Source: Octopus bimaculoides (lineage: Eukaryota). From it: a stretch of 64,000 nucleotides of DNA. A program made the translations under genes and the position numbers. The DNA lies in NCBI RefSeq assembly GCF_001194135.2, contig NC_068998.1:40672487-40736486 (forward strand). Direction: 5' to 3'. The notes under the pieces are model-generated. The model did no database searches and had not been told where the DNA came from. It saw only the letters and a list, made by a program, of their open reading frames with translations. How positions within the stretch are numbered: position 1 is the first letter of the stretch; each line of letters begins with the position of its first letter. Shown here in pieces: positions 1 to 13,279 of this stretch.

Positions 1-1720
1 ATTTGCAACCATATGGTTTTTGGTTCAGACCCACTGTGTGGAACCTTGGGCAGCCCTGAGCCAGCCAATACTTTGTAAATGAATTCAGCAATGTTTGGTT
101 GACATAGGCTGTGTTACATCCGATTGAATCAAACACCATTGCGGTCTACGATGTACAAGGGCCTTACTGATGCTTTGAATGATGATGACGATTTTTGCAA
201 CATCAGCAGACAAATCATACTCTCTTCCACATTTGTTGATGGACCAAGGTATATGATGGAATATTGCCAAGATGCCAAGATGTACATACGGAAATACGGC
301 AGTGCTTTGTTCTTCATCACAATGACATGCCATCCAAACTGGCCTGAAATCTGGCAAAACCTATTCCTTAATCAGAAGCCGCATGACAGACCAGGTTTAA
401 TTGCCACAGTATATGACCTGAAGCAGGAAACTATTCATAAAGTATCTTACTGGAGTAGATGGCATATTTGGCAAGTATATTGCTTACGTGATCACTGTTG
501 AATATCAAAAGCAATGTCTTCCCCATGTACACTGTTTGCTATGGCTCAGTTTGTTCAAGCCTAAATACCAGATACAAACAAAGATCCAGAGGATCATCAG
601 TTGGTGCTGAAGCACATGATCCACGGTCCCAATTGCTCTAATAAGTCACCATGTTGGAAAGATGGAACGTGCTGTAAGTGGTACCATGAGCCTTTCAATG
701 AACATACATTGTGTGGAGAGGACTCTTATCCTGTGTACAGAGGACGGTCTCCAGGAATGGGAAGATTTGAAGGGCACCAAGAAGGTAGAAAAAGCCGAAA
801 TGTAACTTCAGAATGGGCGGTTCCCTACAATATACAACTGTTAAAACTGTTCAACTGCCACCTAAACGTAGAAATATGCTCTTCCGTGAAATCGATCAGA
901 TACATTATCAAATATACCATGAAGGGCAGTGATCAGGCAATGTTTAGAGTGAACAGAGAAGATGTGATAACACAGTATTTAACTGGAAGATACATCGGCC
1001 CTTCAGAAGATGTTGCCTCAGTACTCGGATTTCCGATTCATGAGAAGGAACCAGCTGTAGTTCACCTTCAAGTTTGTTTACCTGAGGAAAATCAAATCTT
1101 CTTTCAGGACAGTGCTGCTGTTACAGTAAACAATAACATGCGTAGGGCAACTCTCACTGAGTTAATGGATCTCTGTGCTCGCGATCCGTTTGCAAAAACT
1201 TTGTATTTTGCCGATGTGCCAAGGTTTTACACTTGGAATAAACAAGACATGGGAAAGGAGGAAGGTAGGGAAAAGAGGTGACCAGCATCCAGGGATTTTT
1301 GAGGTGAACTTTTTAGGTCAAGTATATACTGTTTCTTCTTGAATTGGTGAACTGTATTACTTAAGACTCCTTCTGCATTATGTCAAAGGACCAGTATTGT
1401 TCCACTCTTTGAAAATGTGTGATGGACAACTATTGCCATTATTCAAAGACGTCTGCAGAGAGAAAGGTTTGCTTCAGTCAGGTGATCATTGGCAGCAGAC
1501 TCTGGAAGATGCTGAGCAAACACAGCTTTCCAAAGCCATGAGAGATCTATTCATTGTGTCTCCTCACAAATACAGAAATTAACGATTCCAGTGCTTTATG
1601 GGCTCGATTTAGGAATTTGCTGTCTGAGGATTACCAGAAACATTAACCTTTTGATTAACGAGAGAAATTATGATCAATGTCTTCTGTGTTTTCAAGACAA
1701 ACTTAATGACCTGGGGCAGT
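1..1720 (+). mobile_element. Decayed Helitron RepHel fragment (Rep/HUH region only, frameshifted, no helicase visible)
   Basis: ORF 124-501 has STFVDGPRYM and FFITMTCHPNWPEI..DRPG. A shifted frame at 482-540 reads VEYQKQCLPHVHCLL (HUH motif at 524-532). ORF 601-1281 has MIHGP, VPYN..LL..FNCHLNVEIC and YIIKYTMKG. ~1345-1560 reads ELYYLRLLLHYVKGP..FKDVCREKGLL. All are Helitron Rep signatures. Confidence 0.92.
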
Positions 1721-1809
1721 CTCAGGTGGAGAGAAATTTACTTGTGGGACTGGTATAGGTCAAGTTGGGCTTCCTTTAGATAGCCAGTACTTTGTTCAGT
1801 TAAGTAACC

Positions 1810-2223
1810 AACCCTTTGTTACAGTGTTTCTGCTTTTGTTTTAATTAATTGTAGAAATAACGAAGAGTTATTGTCATTTCTAAGGTGGTGTTTGGAACAT
1901 AAACTAACGTGAAATTTTGATGGAGGTGTTTAACTTAGATTGCTTTAACCCTTTAGCGTTTAATCTAGCCATAATACTCATCTGGTTTTATGTTAAAACT
2001 GACCAGATCCAACCTCTCACACCTATCCTACAATGTCATTCTAAAAATATACATATACACCATTGAAATCTTGAAGCTACAAGATAATGTATGATTAATT
2101 CAAAACAGTGTGAACATATAAGCAATACATTTGAGAAAAATCTGAAGGCTTAAGGGGGAAAATAGAGAATTTCTATCATAGAACTACGGATGGTCACAAG
2201 TGGTTTGGTATCAAAAGAGTTAA
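1810..2223 (-). mobile_element. TTAA-CCCTTT-ended MITE family 2, interrupted by a family-1 MITE (1945-2158)
   Basis: The flanks match other family-2 copies (5163-5390, 35178-35407). The insert begins TTAACCCTTTAGC and matches family-1 copies (38007-38221, 43426-43647). Confidence 0.75.
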
Positions 2224-2241
2224 TGTTGCATGTTTAATAAG

Positions 2242-2330
2242 TTAGCTTTGTCTTTCAGTTCCTTTTGTGAACATAGCTAATATTTAGCTTTGTCTTTTAG
2301 TTCACTCAGTTAACATAACTAATATTTATT
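2242..2330. repeat. Degenerate 42-bp tandem duplication
   Basis: TTAGCTTTGTCTTT..AACATA.CTAATAT occurs twice, at 2242 and 2284. Confidence 0.6.
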
Positions 2331-2938
2331 ATAGCAAATACAGGAGTTTGAAGATTAGTGGTGTTCTGTGTCAGCTACAATAAATAAATGAATGAAGTTT
2401 GGAAATTTAGATAAATTTATATGTTGTGAGATGGGAATTCCAGCATTTTGGAGCAAGACTATTTTCTAGAGATCAAATGAAAATATGTGGAAGGAATTAT
2501 TTGGGGGCAGAAACCCTGCCTACTTTTTAACGTTTTGAAGGGAGGGTTAACTGTCCAAATTTATCAGTTCACCATTTTATATAATATCACTATTATCCTC
2601 TCAGGGAGAGGAGGTTGATATAGTTAGGTGCTTATTTTATTGATATATTTTTTGAATGATGAAATTACATGACATGCAAGTTTTTTATTTTTTTAAATTA
2701 ATTTTTTAATTTTAAAAATTAATATCAGTGTCCAGACAGACACATAAATGACAGGTTGCTGTACCACTTCCGTCTACCAATTTCATGCACAGGGCATTGG
2801 TCAATCTGAAGCTTGGTAAACAGTACCTGCTTAAAGCGCCTCTCAGAGGCATCTACAGGTTTTACTGTTTATTGTGACTGAAAATTTTTAAAACCGAATC
2901 CACCTTCCCACATTTTTGTCTCATAATATGATATAAAT

Positions 2939-3168
2939 CAGTGATTCTCAATCCTTTTTTTTTTTTTACCTATGGACCCCTTTGATTTCTGTTTTATTTG
3001 GGTGGACCCCTATAGCTATTTGGTGTTTAAAATATTTTTTATAGAATATTATTAGAAATTGTATGAAAAAATTGATAAAATATTTTATGAACCAATTTAC
3101 ACATATTTTAATGACAAAATCTTACATGGAACCCTGAGGAGCAGATGGATCTTGGTTGGGAACCACAG
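2939..3168. mobile_element. hAT (Charlie-like) MITE with 8-bp TSD
   Basis: Ends CAGTGATTCTCAA / TTGGGAACCACAG. Flanks ATATAAAT and ATATAGAT match 7/8. The internal sequence is shared with 6865-7113 and 16037-16265. Confidence 0.8.
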
Positions 3169-3491
3169 ATATAGATAGTTGTTTGTGTTGTCCTTAGTAT
3201 GGAACATCAATAAGTTTTGTTTTGCTAAGGATTAAATGTAAGGCTCCGATGATCTGGTTTTGTGTTCACTTAAAAATTTCATGTCTTTTGGATTATTCCC
3301 AATGTCATTGATGGATATATTTCATGTATTGTTTGTTACATAATGTCTTTTTTGAAGTGTGAACCCCCCCCCCAAAAAAAATAACGTTTCTTTTCAAACC
3401 TTGACAAATGTATTATTTCTAGCTTTAATGATACTTTTGTAACTTTATGTACATATCTGTGTATGTGTAGATAAGTTTGTATATATAAATA

Positions 3492-3530
<39 letters not shown>

Positions 3531-5162
3531 TAATGTATGTATATATTTGTAGGTGTGTGCGTCACACACACACACATACTAGTTGTAAATGATTCTCACT
3601 GTTATACAAGTAGTAGTATTTATTTTCAATATACCGCATGAATATGTCTGAGGAAAAATATTGTATCAGCATCCACGAGGTGGGACCAGGTGGAGTTAAA
3701 TTTACTGATTCTGGATTTATACAATTAAATTTTTTTTTTTTCAATTCTATAATTTTAAAATATTTGAAGTTGGGTTATTTTGTTAAAAAACAAAGTATTT
3801 ATTAAAAAAAAAAAACTTGCTTGGTTCTGGTCTCTGTTCCACATTAATTCACAATTAACTATAATATAATTGCTTTTGTTACTTAATAACGTTTAAAAAC
3901 AATACTTAAATTTCGTCTTTTGTCGGTTGTCTTAATATGATTGAAGTGTGAACCAATATTACTGAATAAAACTGGGGAGGGTGGGGGTAAATTTGAGGAT
4001 GAATGGAATGGAAAAAGTTGAGGCTGTTGGTTTTACTGTTGTTTCCGGTCTCTCAACTTGCTAGAAATAACATACAAATTTTTTCAAAAATCACACACCT
4101 CGCCGTCTTAAAACTAAGACTACATAGTCCTTTGTGTCTAATAGTGATTTAAATGAGATTTTGTTATTTCTAGCAGGTCTAGCGACCACATAGACGCTTC
4201 TTTGTTGGTTATGTAGTAGTTGTTGTTGGTTCAACATTATGTAGTTTTCTGTTGTGTATTAGTATTTCATCTGAGTGTGCATGATCAAGTTGACAATAGA
4301 GGTTAACAAACACATGTGGTGTCTCGATAGGCTACAAATAGCAGCCAAATCTCTCCCATCGCACTTTACTTATTTAAATAAACCTAGGACACATTAGATA
4401 TTGGAGTTCTATACATACTCCCTACAAAGACGTCATGGTCATGGCTGGAATGCCTGCTTTTGACTATAGTTAAACGACAATGGCTGTACTGATTTATTAG
4501 TTTGAAGTGATAGGTCGTTCGTTCCATGGAGGAAAGTTTATAGCTGATGATAATATTTGCATTCCCATGAAGGAGTGGGATTTATCATTTTGCTTAATGC
4601 TATATTAACCGGGGGGAGGGGGTGATAAGCTTGCAAAGCGTAGTTTCCATCTATGGAGCTCCTATGTTAACGGCACAGTGGCACGGTTTGAGGAAGCCTA
4701 CAGCGTGTTAGAAAAAGCTCAAAATTCTCTAAAATCAGTTTTATTGTCTTCCTTAAAAAAAGTATATGTTGAATATGTAGTCCTAGACAACATGTCTGAA
4801 TAAAGACGTCTTTGATCACAGTTTCATTTTTCTCCACCAGGGTTGACCTTGTGCTATATTCATTGACTGGATATTGGAAATAGTAACTGATAGACGATTG
4901 ATGTCTTTAAGAAATGTATGATTGTTACAACCTCATATTTTCCTTGTTAAACATCTGTGGTACCATATCTCTATGTAAGGAATTATTGTTATTATAGATA
5001 TTGCCAGTGATTAAGACTCACCCTCTTCCTCTGCATATCATTCATTTTTTTTTGTGGATTTACATTTCGTAGTTGTCCCCCTTGCCTTTCCTGTCAATAA
5101 TTAATAAAGCTGATTATATTCTCTCATAACAGCTTTAATTGTAATTATAGGTCCTCTTTCCA

Positions 5163-5390
5163 TTAATCCTTTTGTTACTATATTTCTACTGATATGCACC
5201 ACTTTCATTTCGACTAATTTTGAAAATAATGAAGAATTTAGTAAAACAACTTTGCCATTATTAAGCTGAAGTTTGTAACAAAAATTATGCGAAATTTTGA
5301 TGAATACTTTTTAATTAAATCAATTTAAAGCATGGAGTTTGCATCATAGAACCAGGGTCGGTTTCAGGTAGGTTGGTATCAAAGGGTTAA
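5163..5390 (-). mobile_element. piggyBac-type MITE family 2 (representative; others ~13903-14112, 25544-25763, 35178-35407, 41527-41730)
   Basis: TTAA at both ends, with inverted termini TTAATCCTTTTG / CAAAGGGTTAA. About 230 bp, multiple dispersed copies. Confidence 0.7.
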
Positions 5391-6864
5391 GCATGTTATT
5401 CTTCCTTTAACTAATATACCAGTAACTGAAGACAGTAAAATTCTCTCCCTCTGAGCTGTGAATCGATTTTGCCTTTTATAATGTCTGGGATCAGTATTGA
5501 TGAAACACACACGGCTGACTTATTCTTACTATAGTAAAAAAAACAATATCTATTGTTGGGTCTTTGTTATTTAGCTCCAGTTCACTCCTAATTCAGTAGA
5601 TCTATGACGACAGGTGTTCAAACCTTAATTAATCATAACCTTTTTAAGGTCTGGTATAACTAGGAATACATGATCCAATGTATCATTCCCCTTCTAAGAG
5701 AGTAAAATTTGATTTGAATTTTAAATTTTACTGTTATTTCTAGCAGGTTAGTGATTGTGTAGAGGTTCCCTCGTTAAGTATTTTATATGATGAATGTTAT
5801 TTATCATCAGGTCAGCTCGGATCAAGAATACCCATCAATCACGACCATGCTGTTTATATTCAAATTAGAGTACACATGAAATTACATTACAAACTGTTTT
5901 TTTAAATAATTCCTTTTGAGTGATTTGAAGGAGATTTAGCTGTTATATCTAACAGGTCTTGCTACCACATAGAGGATATTTTGCTTGCAAGAAAAAGGTT
6001 TCACATAGTACTTGCTCTTTTTTTTCTTTATATCTTCTATTAATGTCCACGTTCCTATTAAAGTGCTTATGCTATCTGTCCCCAAATTTGTGGTCATGTG
6101 AGTATGGCGTGGGCAAAATACTTTACAATATTTATTTACATTTTGAGTTCAGGTCTCAGTACAATTTTGCTCTTTATCTTTCTGGGGTCGATTGTGTGAT
6201 CTTGAACCTAAAAATACTTATAACAATGATAGTAAAATGAAAAATTGATATAATAGTGTTTGTGTTTAATTAATAGCTGCAACGACTCTACCACGATGCA
6301 ATTGTTTTATTCTCAGCACACAAACGCGGTCCAAATTTCCAGTGCGGGTGAGGAAAATGTATAGTATTTTCATTGGAAAATCTTAACCAAATGATATACA
6401 AGAGGTGAGGTATATTATATCATAATATGTCATTGACTTTGGGTTGATGGTTTAAGACAGTGTCGACTTGGGCTAGATTTGGACTCGGAATCAAACTAAA
6501 TACAGAGATATTGTGTCCAGTACTCCACTGTTTGTAGTGCCACACAGTTGTTGAATCATGATTTTGTACAAATATGCATAGATACAAACGAATGATTGGT
6601 GCGTTGCTTGCTTTGTTCGTGCTGTAGCTACAATACTATTACACCAGCACACATTTTATGGTCGCTGTTTAGCCCCAGGTCAGCCTTGTTTGAACAGAAC
6701 TATGACGAAATGTATTACAGCCTAAATTACCCTGTCTTAAAAGTAACTAAGAAGTGCATTATCTAATGTGATATTGTCGTCATGTTTTTTTTCTTCAAGA
6801 TAACAGGGTATGATTTGAAGAGTATTTGTCTTCTGTTTCTAGCAGATCGAATAACCATGTTGAG

Positions 6865-7113
6865 CAGTGGTTCTCAATCATATTTCGCTTATGGACCCCT
6901 TTGATTCATATTTTACGCGGATTGATCCTCATAACAGTTCGATGTCTTTAAAAAAATCCTATTGTATTTTCATAAATATTTGGAATTGTATGAAAAATAA
7001 TTGTTAAACTATGTGTATTATAGAAGTATAACCACTTTATTGCACATTAAATTTTAACGACAAAAATCTTCTGGAAATCTACGGGCCGTAGGGACCCCAA
7101 TTGAACACCACTG
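6865..7113. mobile_element. hAT-type MITE copy
   Basis: CAGTGGTTCTCAA ... TTGAACACCACTG termini; internal ATGGACCCCTTTGATT shared with other copies. Confidence 0.75.
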
Positions 7114-7229
7114 AACGCTTTTCTCATTCACTAGCCTTTTTTTGTGATAGCTAAATAAATAAGTATGGTTACTTTTCGATGGTAAACTAGGGCATCTATT
7201 AGTCCCCCACCCACAAGCATTCGCTCATA

Positions 7230-7945
7230 CAAATGTGGATGTGCGCGCGCGATGTATTAAAACGCGCCTCTCTACGTCACCTCGTCCTCCCACTCACTGT
7301 AACCGCTTTTAATTATCTCCCTTTAAACGAACTCTCATTTGGTATCTTAGCTACCTTGCTTTGTCTGCAGCAAGATGTTCACCAAGCAAAACTAGCTCCC
7401 CCTCATATATATATATATTATATAGGTATATTTTTGTATTTCCTTCTTTTATTTGTCAGGATAAGAATACGGGTTAGTTTATACATTTACTTGTTTATAA
7501 GACTGATTTTCTCTTGTTCTTGCCGACTTTTGTGTTGCATCTTCGACATAGCAAATGTTTGTATGACACACATACCGCACATATGCATGCACATACATAC
7601 ACGTGTGTGTGTTACGCGCGCTCTTATACACGTGTGTGCGCATATTTGCTTATATATTTATTCGTTAACGAGGCTATGTCAAAGTGATGTATTGATTTAC
7701 AGATTTTTTCTTGCCTTTTTGTTTTCTTCTTCTTCCACAAGCTGGAAGGATTTATTGTGAGCAAAAATTACTCTTAGTTGTGAGACGATGGTTCAAGTGT
7801 CGTCTCCCTTCTTTTTCGCATATATATTGTATTGTGTGTGTAATATTTAGAGTTTGTATGCATGTGTTTATCTGTGTGCACACTCATCGCGCGCGCAACT
7901 GTAGATGTGCTTGTGTTTGTACTATTTGTATGTAAGCGTAACGCG

Positions 7946-7981
<36 letters not shown>

Positions 7982-8400
7982 CCGTGCTGTCAATAGTTGA
8001 TTGTATTTGCGACACAGTAGTAACCTCCCATCACACCTCCGACTATAAATGATAACAATACTAACACGACTTGTGGTGGTTTTTGTGAACACATTTGGGT
8101 TGGTTGTTTCTGCAAATATTGGTATTTGCATTTATTTTCGTAGTCCCTTGTTAAACAACTACTACAAATGCACCGAAGAAGCGGGCCTATAATCGAAGTC
8201 TTTTCACATGGACCATCTGTGATTGAAAGGATATTTGGCTGCTATTTCTAGCAGGTCAAAAATCATTTTGTTGGTTTATATTGGAACACATTTTCCTTTT
8301 CCCACAGCTGAATACTCTTTTTAACACGAGTCACTGAACCGTGAAGTGAAAGGGCGCTTGTTGCCAGCCAAGAGTTACACATCTTGATGACGTAACCTAA
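7230..8400 (+). promoter_or_regulatory. CpG-rich candidate promoter / non-coding first exon region of the NSD gene
   Basis: About 11 CpGs lie in 7220-7330 (GCGCGCGCG, ACGCGCC, TACGTCAC), with more CGCG clusters at ~7615 and ~7888, against a CpG-poor background. The first coding exon has a splice acceptor before its ATG, so an upstream exon is required. TSS and donor are not determined. Confidence 0.5.
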
Positions 8401-11258
8401 AGTTTGAACACTTGATCACGGAGTTGTTAATGAAGCACTTTATAGCTAGAGATGTTTGTGAATAATTCCATGTCCACTCTGATCAACAGACTTATGAACC
8501 AAAGGCATTCCGACCATGACCATCCCATAACTTTTTTGGGAATGCATACATACTTGATGAAATTATCCAATGTGTCCTTCCCTTCGAAAGCTAACAGAGA
8601 GTAGCTTCGGCAACTGTGTTGAGGTACCCTCATTGGCTTATATGCTTGTTAGTTTTTCTTCTGTTAATTTTCCATATTAATTATCCATCATGACACAGTA
8701 AAGTTGCATTGTGTTCAAATGATCATGTGATTAGATGGAAACAGTATGAGACAACATCCATTATTATTACTCTTCTTGGCAAATATAAGCGAGAACTTTA
8801 GATATTTGTTTTGGACTTATTCTGACCTCATCATTAAAGTATAGGCTGGTCCTTTCCAAAATAGTTTTACTCACCTATTTGATTGTTCTTACTCTCCTGT
8901 TCGCTTAACAAAGACACCTCCTCTCATCTTAAATACATCTCCTACTCAGTTGAGGAGACTTTTTCTGTTTCTTTTCGTGTCTTGCAAGTTACTTGATAAC
9001 CTCACCAGTGTCGCTGGTATGAATAAAGCTTCCAGTTCACACTGAAGCAGTTGGTGTTAGGAAGGGTATCCAACCATAGAAACCATATCAAAGCTGACAT
9101 TGGAGTTCAACACAGCCTTGTGACTTGTCAAATGCAGTTAAACTGTTCAACCCATGCCAGCATGTAAAACAGACATTGAATGATACCCCCCCCCCCCACC
9201 TGTCACAAAAGCATGCCACCTGTTTGTAAATTGAAGAAGTTCAAATCGTGACTTGCACTGAACTTAGATTATAGTGAGGGACGTCTGTGTCAAACAACCT
9301 CACTTTTTTTCTTTTGTTTTAAATTTTGGTATGAACAACACATAGTTAAGTGACTTCTTTGGAAATGTGATGAGATTAATAAATTTTTTTATGTACCATT
9401 TTCTGACCAGATGTTTCAATGCTGGACACATTAGTTTTTATTCGTTTTTAAATGAAAATGCAAGAACTCCATCAGTGTATGTTGACCATGTCTCTGCACA
9501 TGTATGAGTACACTTGTCTGTGGGATACTCAGCCGCTTACATGCTAATACAGTGAGAAGGTGACTTAGTTAACTAAGCCCTTAACCCTTCATTGTTAAAG
9601 CTGACAGATCCATTTACTTATTTATATTAACTACATTCAAAATCGGAGCATTTATTGAGATGATTCAAAACAGAGAACAGAAGGAATTTTGAAAATTCCT
9701 GTATTTATTGTCCATCATATTTATCAACAAAATTTCAGTTACTGCACTGAACTTTCGTTAAAAAAATTCTTTAAAACCCTTTAGCATTCAGATTATTCTG
9801 TCAAATGTAAAATTTATTAATTCAGATTATTTTGAATTAATCATGCATTATCTCATAACTTCAATGATATGTTTTTTTAAATTTTTTTTTATAAAGAATT
9901 ACATTGTAAGGTGGGTGTGAGAGACCAGATCTGGCTGGTTTGAAAATAAAACAAGTAGAATATTTTGGCTAAAGGGTTAAATATGTATTGAAGTAATTAA
10001 AAATTAAATTTCCAGTTAAACCTATATTTAGCCCTCAAATGCATTCTTGTCAGCCATAACAATTTATTCCATGCAGTATGTTCTTTAGCTCCAGTTTGAT
10101 CTGCATTCAAGAAGAGATATCCTTTTCCTTTAGTGTCAGGATCATGTGTCTGATATTAATGTTATCCAAGCCCTCTTAGGTATTGTTTTTCAAATGTTAG
10201 GGTCTAGTTTAAAGGAAATTTACCTATTGTTTAATGACTATGTAGAGGCGTCTTTGTTTCTTCTGGGAATATCTTGTTTACCTAGAATGTACTTGTGTTA
10301 CTCCCAATACTAATATTCCTTTTTGATACAGGCAAATTTTTTGGGGGTGGGGGTGGACTGTCAATTGCATCAAACTCAGTGCACAACTGTTACTTATTTT
10401 AATTGACTCTGGAAGGATGAAAGGCAAAGTTGAACTCAGAACATAAAGAGCTGGAAGAAATGCTGCCAAGCATTTTGTCCAGTCTGCTAATGAATCTGCC
10501 ATGAATCTAATACTAATATTGCTGTTGTTGTTGTTCTAAGATCAACCAAGTGGGTTTGTGCCAGAAAGGTAAAGGGCTTAGAAAGATGCTTTGAGGGTAT
10601 TTAGTTGTTTCTCTTAACATTCTGCATCCAAGTCCTGTTGGGTTCAGCTTTGCTTTCCAGGCTTGACAAGAATCACTCATGTATTTAATCTCCCCCACCC
10701 CGTAAATATCTGGCCTTGTGCCCAGACCCCCCCCCCCAAAAAAAAACAACAACAACAGCAGCAAAATAACATTTAAAAAAATTATTTGTGTAATGAATAG
10801 CAAAAGTAGTAGACTGTGACTAAATGTATTGCAGTATTAATTTTTGTCTTTTACATACGGGTTTAAATTTTTCTTGGACTAACTTCTCCCCCTTCTTCCT
10901 TCCATGCCCAGTGGGCAATTAGATACACATTTTATTAGAGTAATGGAGATGATTATCTCAACTATGACTATATCCCTTCCTTCAAAATATATAGCCTGCA
11001 AAAGTTGAAAAGCCTCATTATTATTTAAAGGCCAGTAGGTTGGTAGAATCGTTAGAGCGTTGGACAAAATACTTTGCAGTATTCTTTTCACCTCCTTACT
11101 TTCTGAGTTCAAATCCCACTGAGGTCAACTTTGCCTTTCAGCTTTTTTTAAAGTACTAGTGAAATACTAGGGTCTTTTAAATTGACTATACTTCCCTCCA
11201 AATTTCAGGTCTTGTGACTACATTAAAAAATTATAATAATAATTGTTATTATTAAAAT

Positions 11259-11486
11259 GGCGAGCTGGCAGAATCGTTAACACGCTGGATGAAATGTTTA
11301 GTGGTATTTTGCCTGTTGCTATGTTCTGAGTTCAAATTCTGTCACGGTCGACTTTGCCTTTCACCCTTTTGGGGTCAATATAATAAGTACCAGTTGAACA
11401 CTGGGGTTAATCTACTCGACTGACCCCTTCCAAAATTTCAGGCCTTGTGCCTGTAGTAGAAAGAATTATTATTATTATTATTATTA
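11259..11486 (+). mobile_element. tRNA-derived SINE family A (head GGCGAGCTGGCAGAATCGTTA, (ATT)n tail); many copies on both strands
   Basis: Other copies: ~10325-10500(-), 11025-11225(+), 24843-25252(- x2), 28021-28780 (mixed), 45844-46055(+), 53945-54780(+ x3), 56190-56403(-), 58250-58890(- x3), 61500-61715(+), 61870-62070(+). B-box-like GAGTTCAAATTC. Confidence 0.8.
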
Positions 11487-11489
11487 CAA

Positions 11490-11660
11490 TGTTGTTGAAT
11501 TCCAGTTTAGTCCTGATTGAGTATGTCTATGATCAGATGTTCCCACTCTTTTGTTTATCCAAGACTACATTCAAAATGGCTTTTTCATTTTCAGGTTGGT
11601 GGAGCATGACCTGAAGGTGCTTTGGCTGCTGTTTCTAGCAGTTCGAGTAACCTTGTAGAT
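11490..11660 (+). repeat. Dispersed ~200-bp repeat family (core GATTTGGCTGCTATTTCTAGCAGGTCGAGCGACCA), class unassigned
   Basis: Diverged copies at ~4150, 5730, 5930, 6680-6860, 8220, 10200, 14500(-), 25780, 29020(-), 33300-33500, 61310. Confidence 0.6.
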
Positions 11661-12119
11661 ATTTCTATTATGCTTTACAACATTTCAATGGTTTTTGATA
11701 TTTAGTTATATCTTTGTGGTTTGGGTTTGTAGTTAAAAAGTTTGATTCACTGTCGTTTGTTGCTGGGTTTAGTCGTACTGTACAACACCTTTGGCAATTA
11801 TCTTCTGTCAATAAGTTCAGGTTGTTCAATACCTTGTGAATGTAATTTGGCAGACAGAAACTGTGTTATGTTTTTTGTATGTTTTTCACAATTTTTCATT
11901 GTCTGCACGTTCACTTCTCCATGCTTGCATGGTTCAGACAAAATTTTTTGTGGCTGGGATACTCTTCCTGCCACCAAACCCCATCTGCTTTCAAGCAAAA
12001 TAATATTTCCCCTAGTCCTGTATTTACATGTTTTATATCACTCTTATACGACTAATTCCATCTGGGCTTTTTATAACTGGAGAGATAGTTTATAAACGAA
12101 ACTACATTTATAAATCTCT

Positions 12120-12485
12120 TTTTCTCTTTTATCTGTTACTTGTTCCACTCATATGACTGTGGCCATGCTGGGGCATCACTTAGTCGAACAAATTGATTCC
12201 AGGACTTACATTTTTAAGCCTGGTACTTATTCTTTTGGTTTCTTTTGCCAAATTTCTAAGTTATGGGGATGTAAACACACCAACATCGGTTGTCAAGCAG
12301 TTGTTGGGGACAAACACACACACATATGATGGACTTCTTTCAGTTTCCATCTACCAAATCCACTCACAAGCCTTCGGTCAGCCTGAGACTATAGTAGAAT
12401 ACACTTGACCAAGGTGCCACACAGTGAAACTGAACCCAGAACCATGTGATTGGGAAACAAGCTTCTTACCATACCATCACACCTG
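12120..12485 (-). mobile_element. SINE family B (head GGTTGTGTGGTAAGAAGCTTGCTTCCCAACC)
   Basis: The head is shared with copies at ~21110-21410(-), 22420-22900(+), 26605-27040(+), 27330-27510(+), 33850-34130(-), 42445-42830(+), 55385-55520(+). Confidence 0.75.
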
Positions 12486-12657
12486 TGTTTTAAATTTTCT
12501 TTTAAAATCTAGATGTAAATGTTGTATCTGTTTTGTTATATGAAATTATACCTCCCCACACTGATATAACTTTTTATATTTCTTTCTTTCAAACAGATAT
12601 TAACAATGGAATTGTTTTAAAGTTCATTTTGAACTTTAAACTGGCCAATTAACCCTG

Positions 12658-13279
12658 ATGAATGGTATTAGTTCAACTCTAGTTACCCAGTTGCCTCCAA
12701 TCCCCGCAGTTGGCGTGAATCCCAAGTTAACACCAAATCCGATTAGTCTAAGTACGGGCTTGAACAGTGAACAGGCTAGCTACCCAGTTTTGCATTTCCA
12801 GTCCCCATTAAAAACATCCCCACCGGAAGGAGGAGGAGAGCGAGATGGAAGAACGAGCGAACCAGTTTGTGAGAAACAGCAGATTGAAGTGCCAGCTTTG
12901 ATGTCAATGGACCAGTCCACTCGTAGAAGGATCCGTCATGTGCCGAAACATGAGCCGTTGAGCGAGAGTACCGCTATCACTACAACATCTACCACCACCA
13001 GTGCTACTATTGCTACAACTACTACTGCTACTGCTATTGTTAATAGTACGTCAGATGACAAGATGAAGGTTCCTGTTAAAGATCCTACTTCTAAAGTGGA
13101 AACAACCTCGAAGGAGAACCAGAGTGTTCAGAAAAAGACTGATCCGTTGTTGGAAAAGCATGAGAAACCAGCCAAGTGGTTTGTTGGCGACCTCATTTGG
13201 TCAAAAGTATCTGGTCATCCTTGGTGGCCCTGCCTTATTGCTTGTGATCCCGTTGAAGGGATCTATACCAAACTGTGTG
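12658..13279 (+). CDS. NSD2: NSD coding exon 1: N-terminus and first half of PWWP1
   Basis: Acceptor TTTCTTTCAAACAG ends at 12596. An in-frame TAA at 12637 precedes ATG 12658. Peptide [17 protein letters not shown]. Donor G|GTAAGA at 13280, phase 1. Confidence 0.93.
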
